A stretch of 64,000 nucleotides of DNA from a virus: positions 1 through 64,000 of the IMG/VR virus record IMGVR_UViG_3300032164_000004. The stretch is one strand, 5' to 3'. A model generated the notes under the pieces. It was given only the letters and a program-made list of their open reading frames with translations. It was not told the origin of the DNA and ran no database searches. Made by a program: the position numbers and the translations under genes. Below are positions 19,143 through 29,266 of this stretch, one piece after another (the first letter of the stretch is position 1; every line of letters begins with the position of its first letter).

Positions 19143-20480
19143 ATGAAACCAATGAATTTAACTGAAGCAGTAGAAAAGTGGCAAGAGGTTCTAAACTACG
19201 AAGAAATTCCGGCCATTAAAGATAAATGGAAGAGAAAAGTAACGGCTCAACTGTTAGAAAATCAACAAGCGGCATTACGGGATTCACATGAAGCCCTAAT
19301 GGCTATTCAAGAAGCCGCACCAACAAACGCTACTGGAGCTAATGTTGCTAATTGGGATCCTATTTTAATCAGCTTAGTTAGACGTTCGATGCCTAACTTA
19401 GTTGCTTATGATATTTGCGGTGTTCAACCGATGAGTGGTCCGACTGGTTTAATTTTTGCTTTAAGAAGCAGATATGCTGGACAAACTGGAGTCGAAGCAT
19501 TATTTAATGAAGCTGATACCAATTTCTCTGGAACTAACGCTTCAGGGACAGGATCAGGATATACAGCACAAGTGGGTACAGATCCAGTTGGTTCAGGATT
19601 CTCACCTCCTGGTACACCGTTAGCAACAGGTTATGCAACGGGTCATTCAATGATTACTACATTAGCTGAAGCTTTAGGTGATGGTGTATCAGGAAATAAC
19701 TTCGCTGAGATGGCATTCAGCATTGAAAAGGTCACTGTAACAGCAGGAAGCAGAGCCTTAAAAGCTGAATACACAATTGAAATCGCGCAAGATTTAAAGG
19801 CAGTTCATGGGTTGGATGCGGAAAGTGAATTAGCAAACATCCTATCGGCAGAAATCTTAACAGAAATCAACCGAGAAGTTGTAAGAAATCTGTATTACAT
19901 TGCAAAGACTGGTTGCGCAGCGGGTCAAACATCAGCAGTTGGTGTATTTGATCTTGACTTAGATAGCAACGGACGTTGGTCAGTTGAGAAGTTCAAAGGA
20001 CTTCTGTTCCAATTAGAACGCGAAGCCAACGTAATCGCAAAGCAAACACGTAGAGGCCGTGGTAATATTGTTATATGTTCTTCGGATGTAGCGAGTGCAT
20101 TAACAATGGCCGGCGTGTTAGACTACGCTCCAGCAATGTCAACTAATTTGACTGTTGATGACACCGGAAATACTTTCTGTGGTGTGTTAAATGGACGTAT
20201 TAGAGTCTATATCGACCCTTACTTTATTAGCGCCGGAACATCGGAACTAGCAATGACAGGATACAGAGGAGTGAGTCCTTACGATGCAGGGTTCTTCTAT
20301 TGCCCTTATATACCTCTTCAAATGGTAAGAGCGGTAGATCCTCAATCGTTCCAACCAAAGATCGGGTTCAAGACGCGGTATGGTAAAGTTGAGAATCCGT
20401 TCTATTCAAACGCAAATGGCTCTTTAACAGCCAATACAAATCCATATTACAGATTATTCCAAGTTAAAAACTTAATGTAA
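19143..20480 (+). CDS. gp23: Major capsid protein (gp23)
   Basis: LVRRSMPNL, GVQPMSGPTGLIFA, AQDLKAVHGLDAE, FQPKIGFKTRYG. Confidence 0.98.
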   Translation: MKPMNLTEAVEKWQEVLNYEEIPAIKDKWKRKVTAQLLENQQAALRDSHEALMAIQEAAPTNATGANVANWDPILISLVRRSMPNLVAYDICGVQPMSGPTGLIFALRSRYAGQTGVEALFNEADTNFSGTNASGTGSGYTAQVGTDPVGSGFSPPGTPLATGYATGHSMITTLAEALGDGVSGNNFAEMAFSIEKVTVTAGSRALKAEYTIEIAQDLKAVHGLDAESELANILSAEILTEINREVVRNLYYIAKTGCAAGQTSAVGVFDLDLDSNGRWSVEKFKGLLFQLEREANVIAKQTRRGRGNIVICSSDVASALTMAGVLDYAPAMSTNLTVDDTGNTFCGVLNGRIRVYIDPYFISAGTSELAMTGYRGVSPYDAGFFYCPYIPLQMVRAVDPQSFQPKIGFKTRYGKVENPFYSNANGSLTANTNPYYRLFQVKNLM

Positions 20481-20494
20481 TCAGTGAGTTAGAG

Positions 20495-20528
20495 AAAATA
20501 GGAGAGTTGATCTAAACTCTCCTATTTT
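20495..20528 (+). terminator. Intrinsic terminator after gp23
   Basis: aaaataggagagtt-loop-aactctcctatttt. Confidence 0.85.
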
Positions 20529-20778
20529 TAGGTTTATTCGTTTACCATTTGTAAGGTTCTTAAAAGGTTCATCATTTAGTACATAATCTCTTTATAGTTT
20601 AATTCACTGATAAATTTCTTACCATTTGTAATGTTACTTACGTTATCGCTGGGTAAAGTAAAATAAATTAATATTTACAATATTCTAAGTTATTTCCAAT
20701 ATTGTAAGTCATTGAAAACACTATATTAAATTCTTTTAACATTTGAAGCCCCACGTATTCAATCGACTAAATATTAGT

Positions 20779-22116
20779 ATGAGCGAACGAAGAACTAATG
20801 ATGAATTTATAGCCGAGTCAAAAAATCTTTATCCTAACCGATATGATTATACACTAACCAATTATATTAAGAATAACCAAAAAGTCCAAATAAAATGTAT
20901 TGAACATAATCATCTATTTGAACAAACACCAGCAAACCACAAATATTTTGAAGGTTGTCCTATATGTTTCGCAGCAAACCAAAGAGAAAAATTTGTAAAA
21001 TCTACTTCCGGTTTCATAAAAGATAGTATAAAGAAACATGGTAATATATACGATTATTCCAAAACCGATTATCAGGATATTTTACATAAAGTCTTAATTA
21101 CCTGTAAGAAACACGGAGATTTTGAGCAACATCCCACCAATCATCTAAAAGGTTGTGGTTGTCCTAAATGTGGAATAGAAAAACTTCCTGGATCTTATTC
21201 GTGGGGTTTTTTTACCAAAAATCCAGATAAAAAATATATCAAAGCCCTCCTATATAATATCAAATTCAATGATATCTATAAAATCGGTATAACTACAAAA
21301 TCCATTAAAACACGATATACCGGCCTCAAAATCCCCTATACCATCCTATGGGAAAAGGAGATGCCTTTATGTGATGCTTGGGCTACCGAACAATTATTAC
21401 TCCAAATATACAAAGATTATCAAATAGATCCTCAGATTAAATTTGGTGGTAAAGGTGAATGCTTATCTATAGATATACCAAAAGAATCTGTAATACACAT
21501 ATTTTTCGATGAATGGACCAATAAAAAGGACATAGTATTATCCCGATTTAATATCAAAAACCATTTACAGTGTATTAAAATTCCTGCCAGAAAATGTGAA
21601 GTAAAGCAAGTGCTTTCTAAAGAAGCCAACGACTTTTTAAGACAGACCCATATCCAAGGTTCTTCAAATTCATCCATTTCTTTGGGTCTGTATAATTCCA
21701 ATAAATTAGTATCCATTATGACATTTGGAAAACCTAGATTTTCTAAAACTGCGGACTGGGAACTTATCCGATATTCAACAGAATTGGATACTATAGTTCA
21801 AGGTGGGGCTTCTAAATTATTTAAAACCTTTATAACTCAATATAATCCAAAAAATATAGTATCATATTCGGATAAACGCTGGAATATAGGAGAAATATAT
21901 CACATCTTAGGATTTAAATATACGCACACCTCTTCTCCAAATTATTGGTATACTAAAGAAGATAGTACTATATCCCGCGTTCAAGCACAGAAACACAAAT
22001 TACCAAAATTATTGGATAATTTCGATCCTAAACAAACCGAATATCAAAATATGATGAATAATGGATTTCAAAAGATTGTAGATAATGGTAATGATGTGTA
22101 TTTGTGGTCCTCATAA
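20779..22116 (+). mobile_element. Free-standing homing endonuclease (Hef-like) with Zn-binding repeats
   Basis: YDY...C..H...GCPxC repeats; ARKCEV...HIQG...WELIR...GGASKL...SYSDKRW. Confidence 0.75.
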
Positions 22117-22124
22117 ATACCATT

Positions 22125-22682
22125 ATGGCAGCCACAACTTACGAAAATATCGGCGCTTGGAATAAACAACCAGACAATGTAAATTTTTTACATACCGTCA
22201 AATTTAAATTTGCAATACGTAAAATACCTCATTGCAATTATTTCTTAAAGGGTGCTAGATTACCCGCTATAACTTTAGGTACCGCTATACAACCAACACC
22301 ATTCCAAGATCTACCAGTTCCTGGTATTAATATGAATTGGGATGAATTGGAAATCAGATTTTTGGTTGATGAAGATATGAAAAATTACCTTGAGATTGTT
22401 GAATGGATGCGAGGTCTTGGATTAGTTAAAAATTTTGATAAGTACGCCACATTAAAAACGGAAAATACCGACCTTAATTCTAAATGGGGTGGAATTTGGT
22501 CAGATGCTATATTACATGTTTTAACTAATCAAGCCAATGCAAATGTTAATTTTATATTTAGGGATGCTTATCCAGTCTTTTTAAGTCCTATTGAATTTTT
22601 AAGTGATGACCAAGAAGCGACGCCGGCGGAAGCTATCGTACAATTTAAATATGCATACTACGATTGGGAGTATGTAACCTAA
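22125..22682 (+). CDS. gp3: Tail completion / tube terminator (gp3-like)
   Basis: FLVDEDMKNYLEIVEW, SDAILHVL, YPVFLS; CATAAATA at 22112. Confidence 0.88.
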   Translation: MAATTYENIGAWNKQPDNVNFLHTVKFKFAIRKIPHCNYFLKGARLPAITLGTAIQPTPFQDLPVPGINMNWDELEIRFLVDEDMKNYLEIVEWMRGLGLVKNFDKYATLKTENTDLNSKWGGIWSDAILHVLTNQANANVNFIFRDAYPVFLSPIEFLSDDQEATPAEAIVQFKYAYYDWEYVT

Positions 22683-23128
22683 TGAAAACCTTTAAAGAAT
22701 TTATAACAGAAAATTATAGAGACCCGGATAGTATAAAGGGATGGATGAACCCTAAAGGTGAAGTACATTTATTAGATTCTGGAACAGAACATGGTTTAAA
22801 TTTACCCACAAAATTAAATTCTCTTCCTAAAATAAAAAGTCCAGAATATTATACGAAATCTGAAATAGGTTCTAATTTAGCATTATCTAAAGGATATGCA
22901 AGATTTGGAAAAGAAGGTGTAGGTGATAATTATGTTCATTTTGACCATACCACAGATGATGGTAAAAAATCAGCATATCATGCCTTAAAATATTTAAATC
23001 CTAATAATATACATCCTTCTCCACACATAAACATACAAAAATCGAAAGAATTGCATTCCGACAAAAATAATCGTGAAGAATTAAAAACCAATAAAAGATC
23101 TGAAGCCTTAACATTTATTTTAAAATAA
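22682..23128 (+). CDS. Putative internal head protein
   Basis: N-terminal MKTFKEFITE resembles the T4 capsid-targeting sequence. Confidence 0.6.
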   Translation: MKTFKEFITENYRDPDSIKGWMNPKGEVHLLDSGTEHGLNLPTKLNSLPKIKSPEYYTKSEIGSNLALSKGYARFGKEGVGDNYVHFDHTTDDGKKSAYHALKYLNPNNIHPSPHINIQKSKELHSDKNNREELKTNKRSEALTFILK

Positions 23129-23168
23129 GTATCATAATCACCCTCGATAAATATTATTGCGGGTGATT

Positions 23169-23612
23169 ATGAGTGAAAATATTCGTTTGTCTCTTGACCA
23201 GATGCATGAACAAGCTGACAAAGATCTAAAATTAGATAAAAGCCAACTCCTTATAGAATCAATTAAAACTCCAACATTATTCTCTAAATGGAGTAAAATG
23301 TTGTCCGTTGAACGATTGATTTTGTATAAAATTATTTCCGAACTTGAAGCTAAAGAATTGGATACCTTCGAGTATTATAGAGGTAAATCTGATCCTGAAG
23401 TTTATAAAGAACGTCCATTTGGTCATAAAGTTTTAAAATGTGATATGGACAAATATATCAAAGCTGATCCGGAAATATCCAAATTAAAACAAAGATTAGC
23501 CTTACAGAAAGAAAAAGTGGATACCATTGAGAGAACTTTAAAAGCTATCAATGACAGGCAATGGATTATTCGTAATGCTAATGAAAGTAATAGGTTTGAA
23601 GCAGGTTCATAA
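23169..23612 (+). CDS. uvsY: Recombination mediator UvsY
   Basis: SIKTPTLFSKW, YYRGK, YIKAD, RQWIIRNA; lies before uvsW. Confidence 0.88.
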   Translation: MSENIRLSLDQMHEQADKDLKLDKSQLLIESIKTPTLFSKWSKMLSVERLILYKIISELEAKELDTFEYYRGKSDPEVYKERPFGHKVLKCDMDKYIKADPEISKLKQRLALQKEKVDTIERTLKAINDRQWIIRNANESNRFEAGS

Positions 23613-23613
23613 A

Positions 23614-25131
23614 ATGTGTGATATAATATTACGAACAGTCGATGCAGTTTACCTTCAAGTGTTTTCTGAAGATATGGGCATTATAATGGAATTATCCGAA
23701 TTTTTCACGTTCAATGTACCTGGTGCAAGGTTTATGCCGGCGTTTAGGAATAAAATGTGGGATGGAAAAATTAGATTATTTGATTTTAGAAGCAGAAGAA
23801 TATATACCGGTCTTCTTCCATATATTCGAAAATTTGCCACCGAACGAAATTATTCTGTAGACGAAACCCAAATTGCAAATAACGTAGATAAAGAAGTAGA
23901 TATCGAATTTGGAGAAACATTCTTTAAAGATTTAAAACCTTATGCTAAAGATGCTGGTGTATTAAAACCTATTGAAGCAACCGATTATCAAATAAATGCT
24001 TTTATCCACGCCATCAATAATGAACGTTGCATACTTTTATCACCTACCGCATCCGGTAAATCTTTAATCATATATGGATTATTAAGATATTATCAACCTT
24101 TATTCCAAGTTAATAAATTATTGGTAATTGTTCCTACAACATCTTTAGTAGAACAGATGTATACTGATTTTGAAGATTATTCTCATAAGGATACTGAATG
24201 GAGAATTGAAAAGAATTGTCATAGGATATATTCGGGTAAAGATAAAGAAACGGATTTACCTATTGTTATAACCACTTGGCAATCTATCTACAAATTACCC
24301 AAATCTTGGTTCGATCAATTTACCGTTGTTGTTGGTGATGAAGCCCATAATTTTCAGGCTAAATCTTTAACTGCAATTATGACCAAAATGAACAACGCAC
24401 CATTCCGTTTTGGTACGACCGGGACAATACAAGATACAAAAACTCACCGTTTGGTATTAGAAGGACTTTTTGGTGAGGTATTTAAAGTTACCACTACAGA
24501 TGAATTAATACGTTCAGGTCAAATTTCAAATATTGATATTAAGTGTTTAATATTAGAATACGACCAGGAAATTTGTAAACTGATGAAAAATGCCACATAT
24601 AGACAGGAGATAGAATACCTAATAAGTCATAATAGACGTAATAGGTTTATATCCAATTTGGTTTTAAGTTTAGAGAGGAATACTCTCGTATTGTTTAGGG
24701 AAGTTGAAAATCATGGAGTTATTCTCCATGAATTAATAAAGAACCGAGTTAAAGATGATCGAAAAGTATTTTTTATTCACGGGAAAACAGACACCGATAT
24801 TCGAGAAGATGTTCGAAGAATTGTTGAAACGCAAACCGACGCTATCATTGTTGCATCATATGGCGTTTTTTCATCAGGTGTTAACGTTCGTAATATTTTT
24901 AATATTATATTTGCTTCTCCTTCCAAAAGTCGCATTAGGAATTTACAATCTATTGGTAGGGGTTTAAGAAAAAGCGAAACTAAAAACCATTTAACATTGT
25001 ATGATATAGCAGATAACCTTAAATATAAAGGTCATAAAAATTTAACATTAAACCATTTTTTGTATAGGATTAAACTTTATGATGAGGAGAAGTTTAATTA
25101 TAAGTTATTTCCGATAAAATTAAGGACTTAA
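23614..25131 (+). CDS. uvsW: SF2 helicase UvsW
   Basis: WDGKIRLF, SPTASGKS, DEAH, LQSIGRGLR. Confidence 0.96.
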   Translation: MCDIILRTVDAVYLQVFSEDMGIIMELSEFFTFNVPGARFMPAFRNKMWDGKIRLFDFRSRRIYTGLLPYIRKFATERNYSVDETQIANNVDKEVDIEFGETFFKDLKPYAKDAGVLKPIEATDYQINAFIHAINNERCILLSPTASGKSLIIYGLLRYYQPLFQVNKLLVIVPTTSLVEQMYTDFEDYSHKDTEWRIEKNCHRIYSGKDKETDLPIVITTWQSIYKLPKSWFDQFTVVVGDEAHNFQAKSLTAIMTKMNNAPFRFGTTGTIQDTKTHRLVLEGLFGEVFKVTTTDELIRSGQISNIDIKCLILEYDQEICKLMKNATYRQEIEYLISHNRRNRFISNLVLSLERNTLVLFREVENHGVILHELIKNRVKDDRKVFFIHGKTDTDIREDVRRIVETQTDAIIVASYGVFSSGVNVRNIFNIIFASPSKSRIRNLQSIGRGLRKSETKNHLTLYDIADNLKYKGHKNLTLNHFLYRIKLYDEEKFNYKLFPIKLRT

Positions 25132-25135
25132 ACTG

Positions 25136-25453
25136 ATGTTTAATAAATTAAAGACCATTATACTACTGACAATAATTTCGGTAGTTGTGTTTTATGCCCA
25201 AACTCGTATTGTAGATCAACAAGTCACAAAATTACCTCCATCCCAATTAAATGTAAAAGTGATGTTAGTAAAAAGTGCGGCTTGTGTTGCTAGCGGAACT
25301 TCACCTGATGGTATGAAATGGGATTGTAATGGTTTGTTCCTCTATCGTTTTAGAATGTCGGATGGAACCATGGTTGGACCATTTTTTGCCATATTAGCAG
25401 ACAAAAATTTTATACAAGATGCTAAATGGACAACTACTTTTTCTATTAAATAA
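25136..25453 (+). CDS. Hypothetical protein with N-terminal hydrophobic segment
   Basis: Signal/TM-like N-terminus. Confidence 0.5.
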   Translation: MFNKLKTIILLTIISVVVFYAQTRIVDQQVTKLPPSQLNVKVMLVKSAACVASGTSPDGMKWDCNGLFLYRFRMSDGTMVGPFFAILADKNFIQDAKWTTTFSIK

Positions 25454-25505
25454 GGATTGAAATACCACTTGAAAAAACATTTTCAATGTGTTATAATATA
25501 ATTAT

Positions 25506-26006
25506 ATGAATACTATTTTTAATCCAGATTGGTGTAAATCATTACGATTATCTACAGGTGAATATTTGGTCAGCGTTATGCCGGATACAAACACCGTAGA
25601 TAATATTTTAGGTAAATGTATAGTTTTACTTAGACCTATTAGAGTTAATGTGATTCCATCTAATGATGGTGGAATTCAAGTTCAGTTCTTAAAGTATAAT
25701 CCTCATACTAATGATAATTATATTTTTATTCCTATCAATCAAATCTTATCTATAAGCAGTACTAATTCCGAAATTAAAGACCTTTATTTAAAGGCTTTCA
25801 AAGAGCTTATGGAATATGAAAATTCTCAAGGAACAATACAAGAACAGGCTAAAAAGAAATACGAACAATTAGGTGAGGAAAAGGAAAAGGAAAAGGAAAA
25901 GGAAGATAAAAAAGAAGAGGAACCCAAAAAGAATCAAAAGATCATTAAAAAAGGTAAAAAGAATATCACTAAAAAGGCTACCAGTGATGATGATTATATT
26001 ATGTAA
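25506..26006 (+). CDS. Hypothetical protein (Sm-like T4-family protein) with charged tail
   Basis: LRLSTGEYLV motif; promoter TTGAAA-N17-TATAAT at 25469-25497. Confidence 0.5.
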   Translation: MNTIFNPDWCKSLRLSTGEYLVSVMPDTNTVDNILGKCIVLLRPIRVNVIPSNDGGIQVQFLKYNPHTNDNYIFIPINQILSISSTNSEIKDLYLKAFKELMEYENSQGTIQEQAKKKYEQLGEEKEKEKEKEDKKEEEPKKNQKIIKKGKKNITKKATSDDDYIM

Positions 26007-26016
26007 TATGATTTTA

Positions 26017-26120
26017 CTTGGAACCTTGGAACCTTGGAACCTTGGAACCTTGGAACCTTGGAACCTTGGAACCTTGGAACCTTGGAACCTTGGAACCTTG
26101 GAACCTTGGAACCTTGGAAC
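26017..26120. repeat. 13 x 8-bp tandem repeat CTTGGAAC
   Basis: Perfect array read directly from the sequence. Confidence 0.97.
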
Positions 26121-26240
26121 CTTGGATGATTCTATTTACACTTTTGATTTTACTTGGAACCTTGGATGATTCTATTTACACTTTTGATTTTACTTGGAAC
26201 TTTGGATGATTCTATTTACACTTTTGATTTTACTTGGACC
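26121..26240. repeat. 3 x 40-bp tandem repeat
   Basis: cttggatgattctatttacacttttgattttacttggaac at 26121, 26161 and 26201. Confidence 0.97.
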
Positions 26241-26540
26241 CCTATACGCTCTCTAGAGTACCTGGTTCTCTCTAAATGAATACATTTATATTATACCAGA
26301 AACGAGAGTGTTTGTCAAGTGCTAAAATGATGATTCCGAGATAAGTTGTTGAAAACAAACGAAAAATAAATTTTATGTCAAGTTTCTTAACATAAAAACG
26401 ATAGGATTTTGATGTTTTAATTGTGAGTGTGAGTAGTTGTACGGTTTTGAATTAAATACGATTTTTGTGGTCTGTAAGTTGATGGAAACAAAAGACTTAA
26501 AAAATAGGATTTTTACGAAAATTAAAGTGGGGTAAGCTTA

Positions 26541-26569
26541 TTGACAACGCGCTAGTAACGTGTTATAAT
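26541..26569 (+). promoter_or_regulatory. Early sigma70-type promoter
   Basis: TTGACA-N17-TATAAT with TG extension. Confidence 0.85.
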
Positions 26570-26589
26570 ACAATAGAGGCATATAATAT

Positions 26590-27618
26590 ATGTTCGAATC
26601 TGAATCTAAAAAATTAGGAATGCAACATTTTATCAACCATATAGCTTTAGTCATAGATGCGAGTGCATCTATGCAACATTTAAGTAATAATGTGGTTAAA
26701 GTATTTGATCGTGAATTGGATAATCTTAAACGTAGATCTGTTGAGTTGGATCAAGAGACAAGGATTTCCATTTATTTATTTAATAGTAATTATACCTGTT
26801 TAGTTTTTGATATGGATGTAATGCGGATGAAGTCTTTAAAGGAATATTATCATCCTACTGGTTCTACAGCATTAATTAGAACTACGGTAAAAGCTATTGA
26901 GGATATGAGGGTATTACCTGAATTGTATGGGGATCATGCTTTTTTGGTTTATGTTATTACCGATGGGGAAGAGAATGCGAGTAAAATGCATCCTTGTACT
27001 CTAATAGATGCTATTAAAAATATGTCTGATAACTGGACAATAGTGTGTTTGGTTCCGAATCAAAATGGTGTTTACGAAGCAAAAAAGTTTGGATTTCCAA
27101 TAGATAATATTCAAATTTGGGATACTTCTGTAAAAGGACTTGAAAAAGCTGGTAAAAGTTTTACAAATGCAATGGATAATTATATGCATTTGCGTAGTCA
27201 AGGAATCCGTTCGACAAAATCATTTTTTAAAACGGATCTAACTTCAGTTACCACCAACGACCTTAAAATGGGACTTATTAAATTAAATGTTTCACATATT
27301 AAAACTTATCATTTAGATCGACCATGTGGAAGTAGAGAGTTTGTTATTAGAGAAACAGGATATTCTTATGTAAAGGGTATGGTATTTTACCAGTTAACAA
27401 AAGCCGAAACCATTCAAGCCAATAAGGAAATTATTATACGCGATAAGATGAGTGGTGATTATTATGGTGGGGAAAATGCTCGACGTTTATTATGTTTACC
27501 TTTTGAGGAAATTAGAGTTCACCCAGGTCAACACGGTAATTTTGATGTATTCATACAAAGTACTGCGGTAAATAGGAAATTACAATCTAATACGGATGTT
27601 ATTTTAAAAATTAGTTAA
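26590..27618 (+). CDS. vWA domain protein
   Basis: MIDAS VIDASASM, GSTAL, VITDGEEN. Confidence 0.85.
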   Translation: MFESESKKLGMQHFINHIALVIDASASMQHLSNNVVKVFDRELDNLKRRSVELDQETRISIYLFNSNYTCLVFDMDVMRMKSLKEYYHPTGSTALIRTTVKAIEDMRVLPELYGDHAFLVYVITDGEENASKMHPCTLIDAIKNMSDNWTIVCLVPNQNGVYEAKKFGFPIDNIQIWDTSVKGLEKAGKSFTNAMDNYMHLRSQGIRSTKSFFKTDLTSVTTNDLKMGLIKLNVSHIKTYHLDRPCGSREFVIRETGYSYVKGMVFYQLTKAETIQANKEIIIRDKMSGDYYGGENARRLLCLPFEEIRVHPGQHGNFDVFIQSTAVNRKLQSNTDVILKIS

Positions 27619-27649
27619 TTTCGGAAGGATCTATCTGGTATAATAGTAG

Positions 27650-28198
27650 ATGGCGAAAACAAAACATTATGTTGATAATAATAAGTTGTTGGCTGAGTTA
27701 ATAGCTTATCAGAAATCTATTAGGAAGGCTAAAAGAGAAGGATTAGAAAAACCTCGTGTTCCTGAATACGTGGGCGAATGTCTCCTTAAGATTGCAGAAC
27801 ATTTAAGTTTTCGTCCTAATTTTTATAATTATTCGTATATAGGTGATATGATTGGTGATGGTATAGAAAATTGTCTCTTATATATAGATAATTTTAATCC
27901 TGAAAAAAGTAAAAATCCTTTTGCGTATTTTACTCAAATTATTTGGTATGCCTTCATCCGTAGAATTCTTAAGGAGAAAAAGCAATTATATTTAAAGTAT
28001 AAGAGCATTGAAAAATCTCCAGAATTTTCGGAATATTTTAATCAAGCCCATGATATCGGCGTCTATAAAAATACATATGTGGAATTCTTAAAAAAAAATA
28101 TGGTTGAAATTATATCTGAATTTGAGGATAAGAAAAAAAATAAAAAGAAAAAATCTGTAAATTTGGAAAAGTTTTTTGGTGGGGTTGTAGATGGGTAA
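27650..28198 (+). CDS. gp55: Late sigma factor (gp55)
   Basis: HYVDN, RPNFYNY, NPFAYFTQI...AFIRRILKEKK. Confidence 0.96.
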   Translation: MAKTKHYVDNNKLLAELIAYQKSIRKAKREGLEKPRVPEYVGECLLKIAEHLSFRPNFYNYSYIGDMIGDGIENCLLYIDNFNPEKSKNPFAYFTQIIWYAFIRRILKEKKQLYLKYKSIEKSPEFSEYFNQAHDIGVYKNTYVEFLKKNMVEIISEFEDKKKNKKKKSVNLEKFFGGVVDG

Positions 28199-29249
28199 AG
28201 TCGTACTTTTAACCGATACGCATATTGGAGCAAGATCGGATAGTTTAGTTTTTGATAATTACTTTCAAAAATTTTTTAATGATATCCTATTTCCTACCTT
28301 AAAACGAGAAAAGATAAAAACCATATTTCATCTTGGGGATGTATTTGATAGGCGTAAATATATCAATTTTAATATATTAAATAGGTTTAGAAATAACTTT
28401 TTACATCCGTTGGAAAATATGGGAGTAAATATGTTTGTGTTGAGTGGTAATCATGATGTATTTTTCCGAAATACTAATGATGTGAATTCGATTCAAGAAA
28501 TAATGGGTGGGTGGGATAATATAACAGTTATCAACGAACCTAAGGAAATGATTTTTGATGGATTAAAATTATTATTACTACCATGGATTACTAATGATAA
28601 TTTAGAAGAAACCAATAAATTAATATCAAATACTTCTGCACGGGTATTATTTGGACATTTACAGATTCATGGATTTCAGATGTATGGTGGTATAAATTGT
28701 GAAGATGGTTTAGATGGAAGTATGTTTCATCAATTTGACATGGTAATTTCCGGACATTTCCACCACAAGAGTTCTAACGATAACATACATTATCTAGGTG
28801 CTCCATATGAGATGACTTTTGCTGATATGAATGATCCGAGAGGTTTTCATATTTTAGATACTAAAACATTATCGATGGAGTTTATTGAAAATCCTTATAG
28901 AATGTTTCATAGGGTGGTTTATGATGATAGAGGAAAAACTATAGATGAGATTTTGAATTCTATAGAACCAACTAAGTATTCGGAAACATATATTAAGGTA
29001 ATAGTTAATTATAAAAGTAATCCATTTTTCTTTGATAAGTTTATTGATATGCTTTATGGAGTATCGCCGGCAGAAATAAAAATTATTGAGGATTTTAATG
29101 TTGATGTTGATAGTGGAGAAACATCGACTGAGGATACTTTAAGTATACTTTTCGAATATGTGGATTCTATGGAATTAGTAATGGATAAAACAAAATTGAA
29201 AGAAATTCTTAGAGGAATATACTTAGAAGCAACAAATGAACAGGAATAG
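28191..29249 (+). CDS. gp47: Mre11-like recombination nuclease (gp47)
   Basis: DTHIG, GDVFD, GNHD, SGHFH. Confidence 0.95.
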   Translation: MGKVVLLTDTHIGARSDSLVFDNYFQKFFNDILFPTLKREKIKTIFHLGDVFDRRKYINFNILNRFRNNFLHPLENMGVNMFVLSGNHDVFFRNTNDVNSIQEIMGGWDNITVINEPKEMIFDGLKLLLLPWITNDNLEETNKLISNTSARVLFGHLQIHGFQMYGGINCEDGLDGSMFHQFDMVISGHFHHKSSNDNIHYLGAPYEMTFADMNDPRGFHILDTKTLSMEFIENPYRMFHRVVYDDRGKTIDEILNSIEPTKYSETYIKVIVNYKSNPFFFDKFIDMLYGVSPAEIKIIEDFNVDVDSGETSTEDTLSILFEYVDSMELVMDKTKLKEILRGIYLEATNEQE

Positions 29250-29266
29250 ATATTTGAGTTCGTTAT

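Noticed and set aside
26017-26240. CRISPR array, or the repeat-encoded ORFs 25873..26169 and 26018..26209
   Set aside because: Repeats are head-to-tail without spacers; the ORFs are by-products of the 8-bp periodicity
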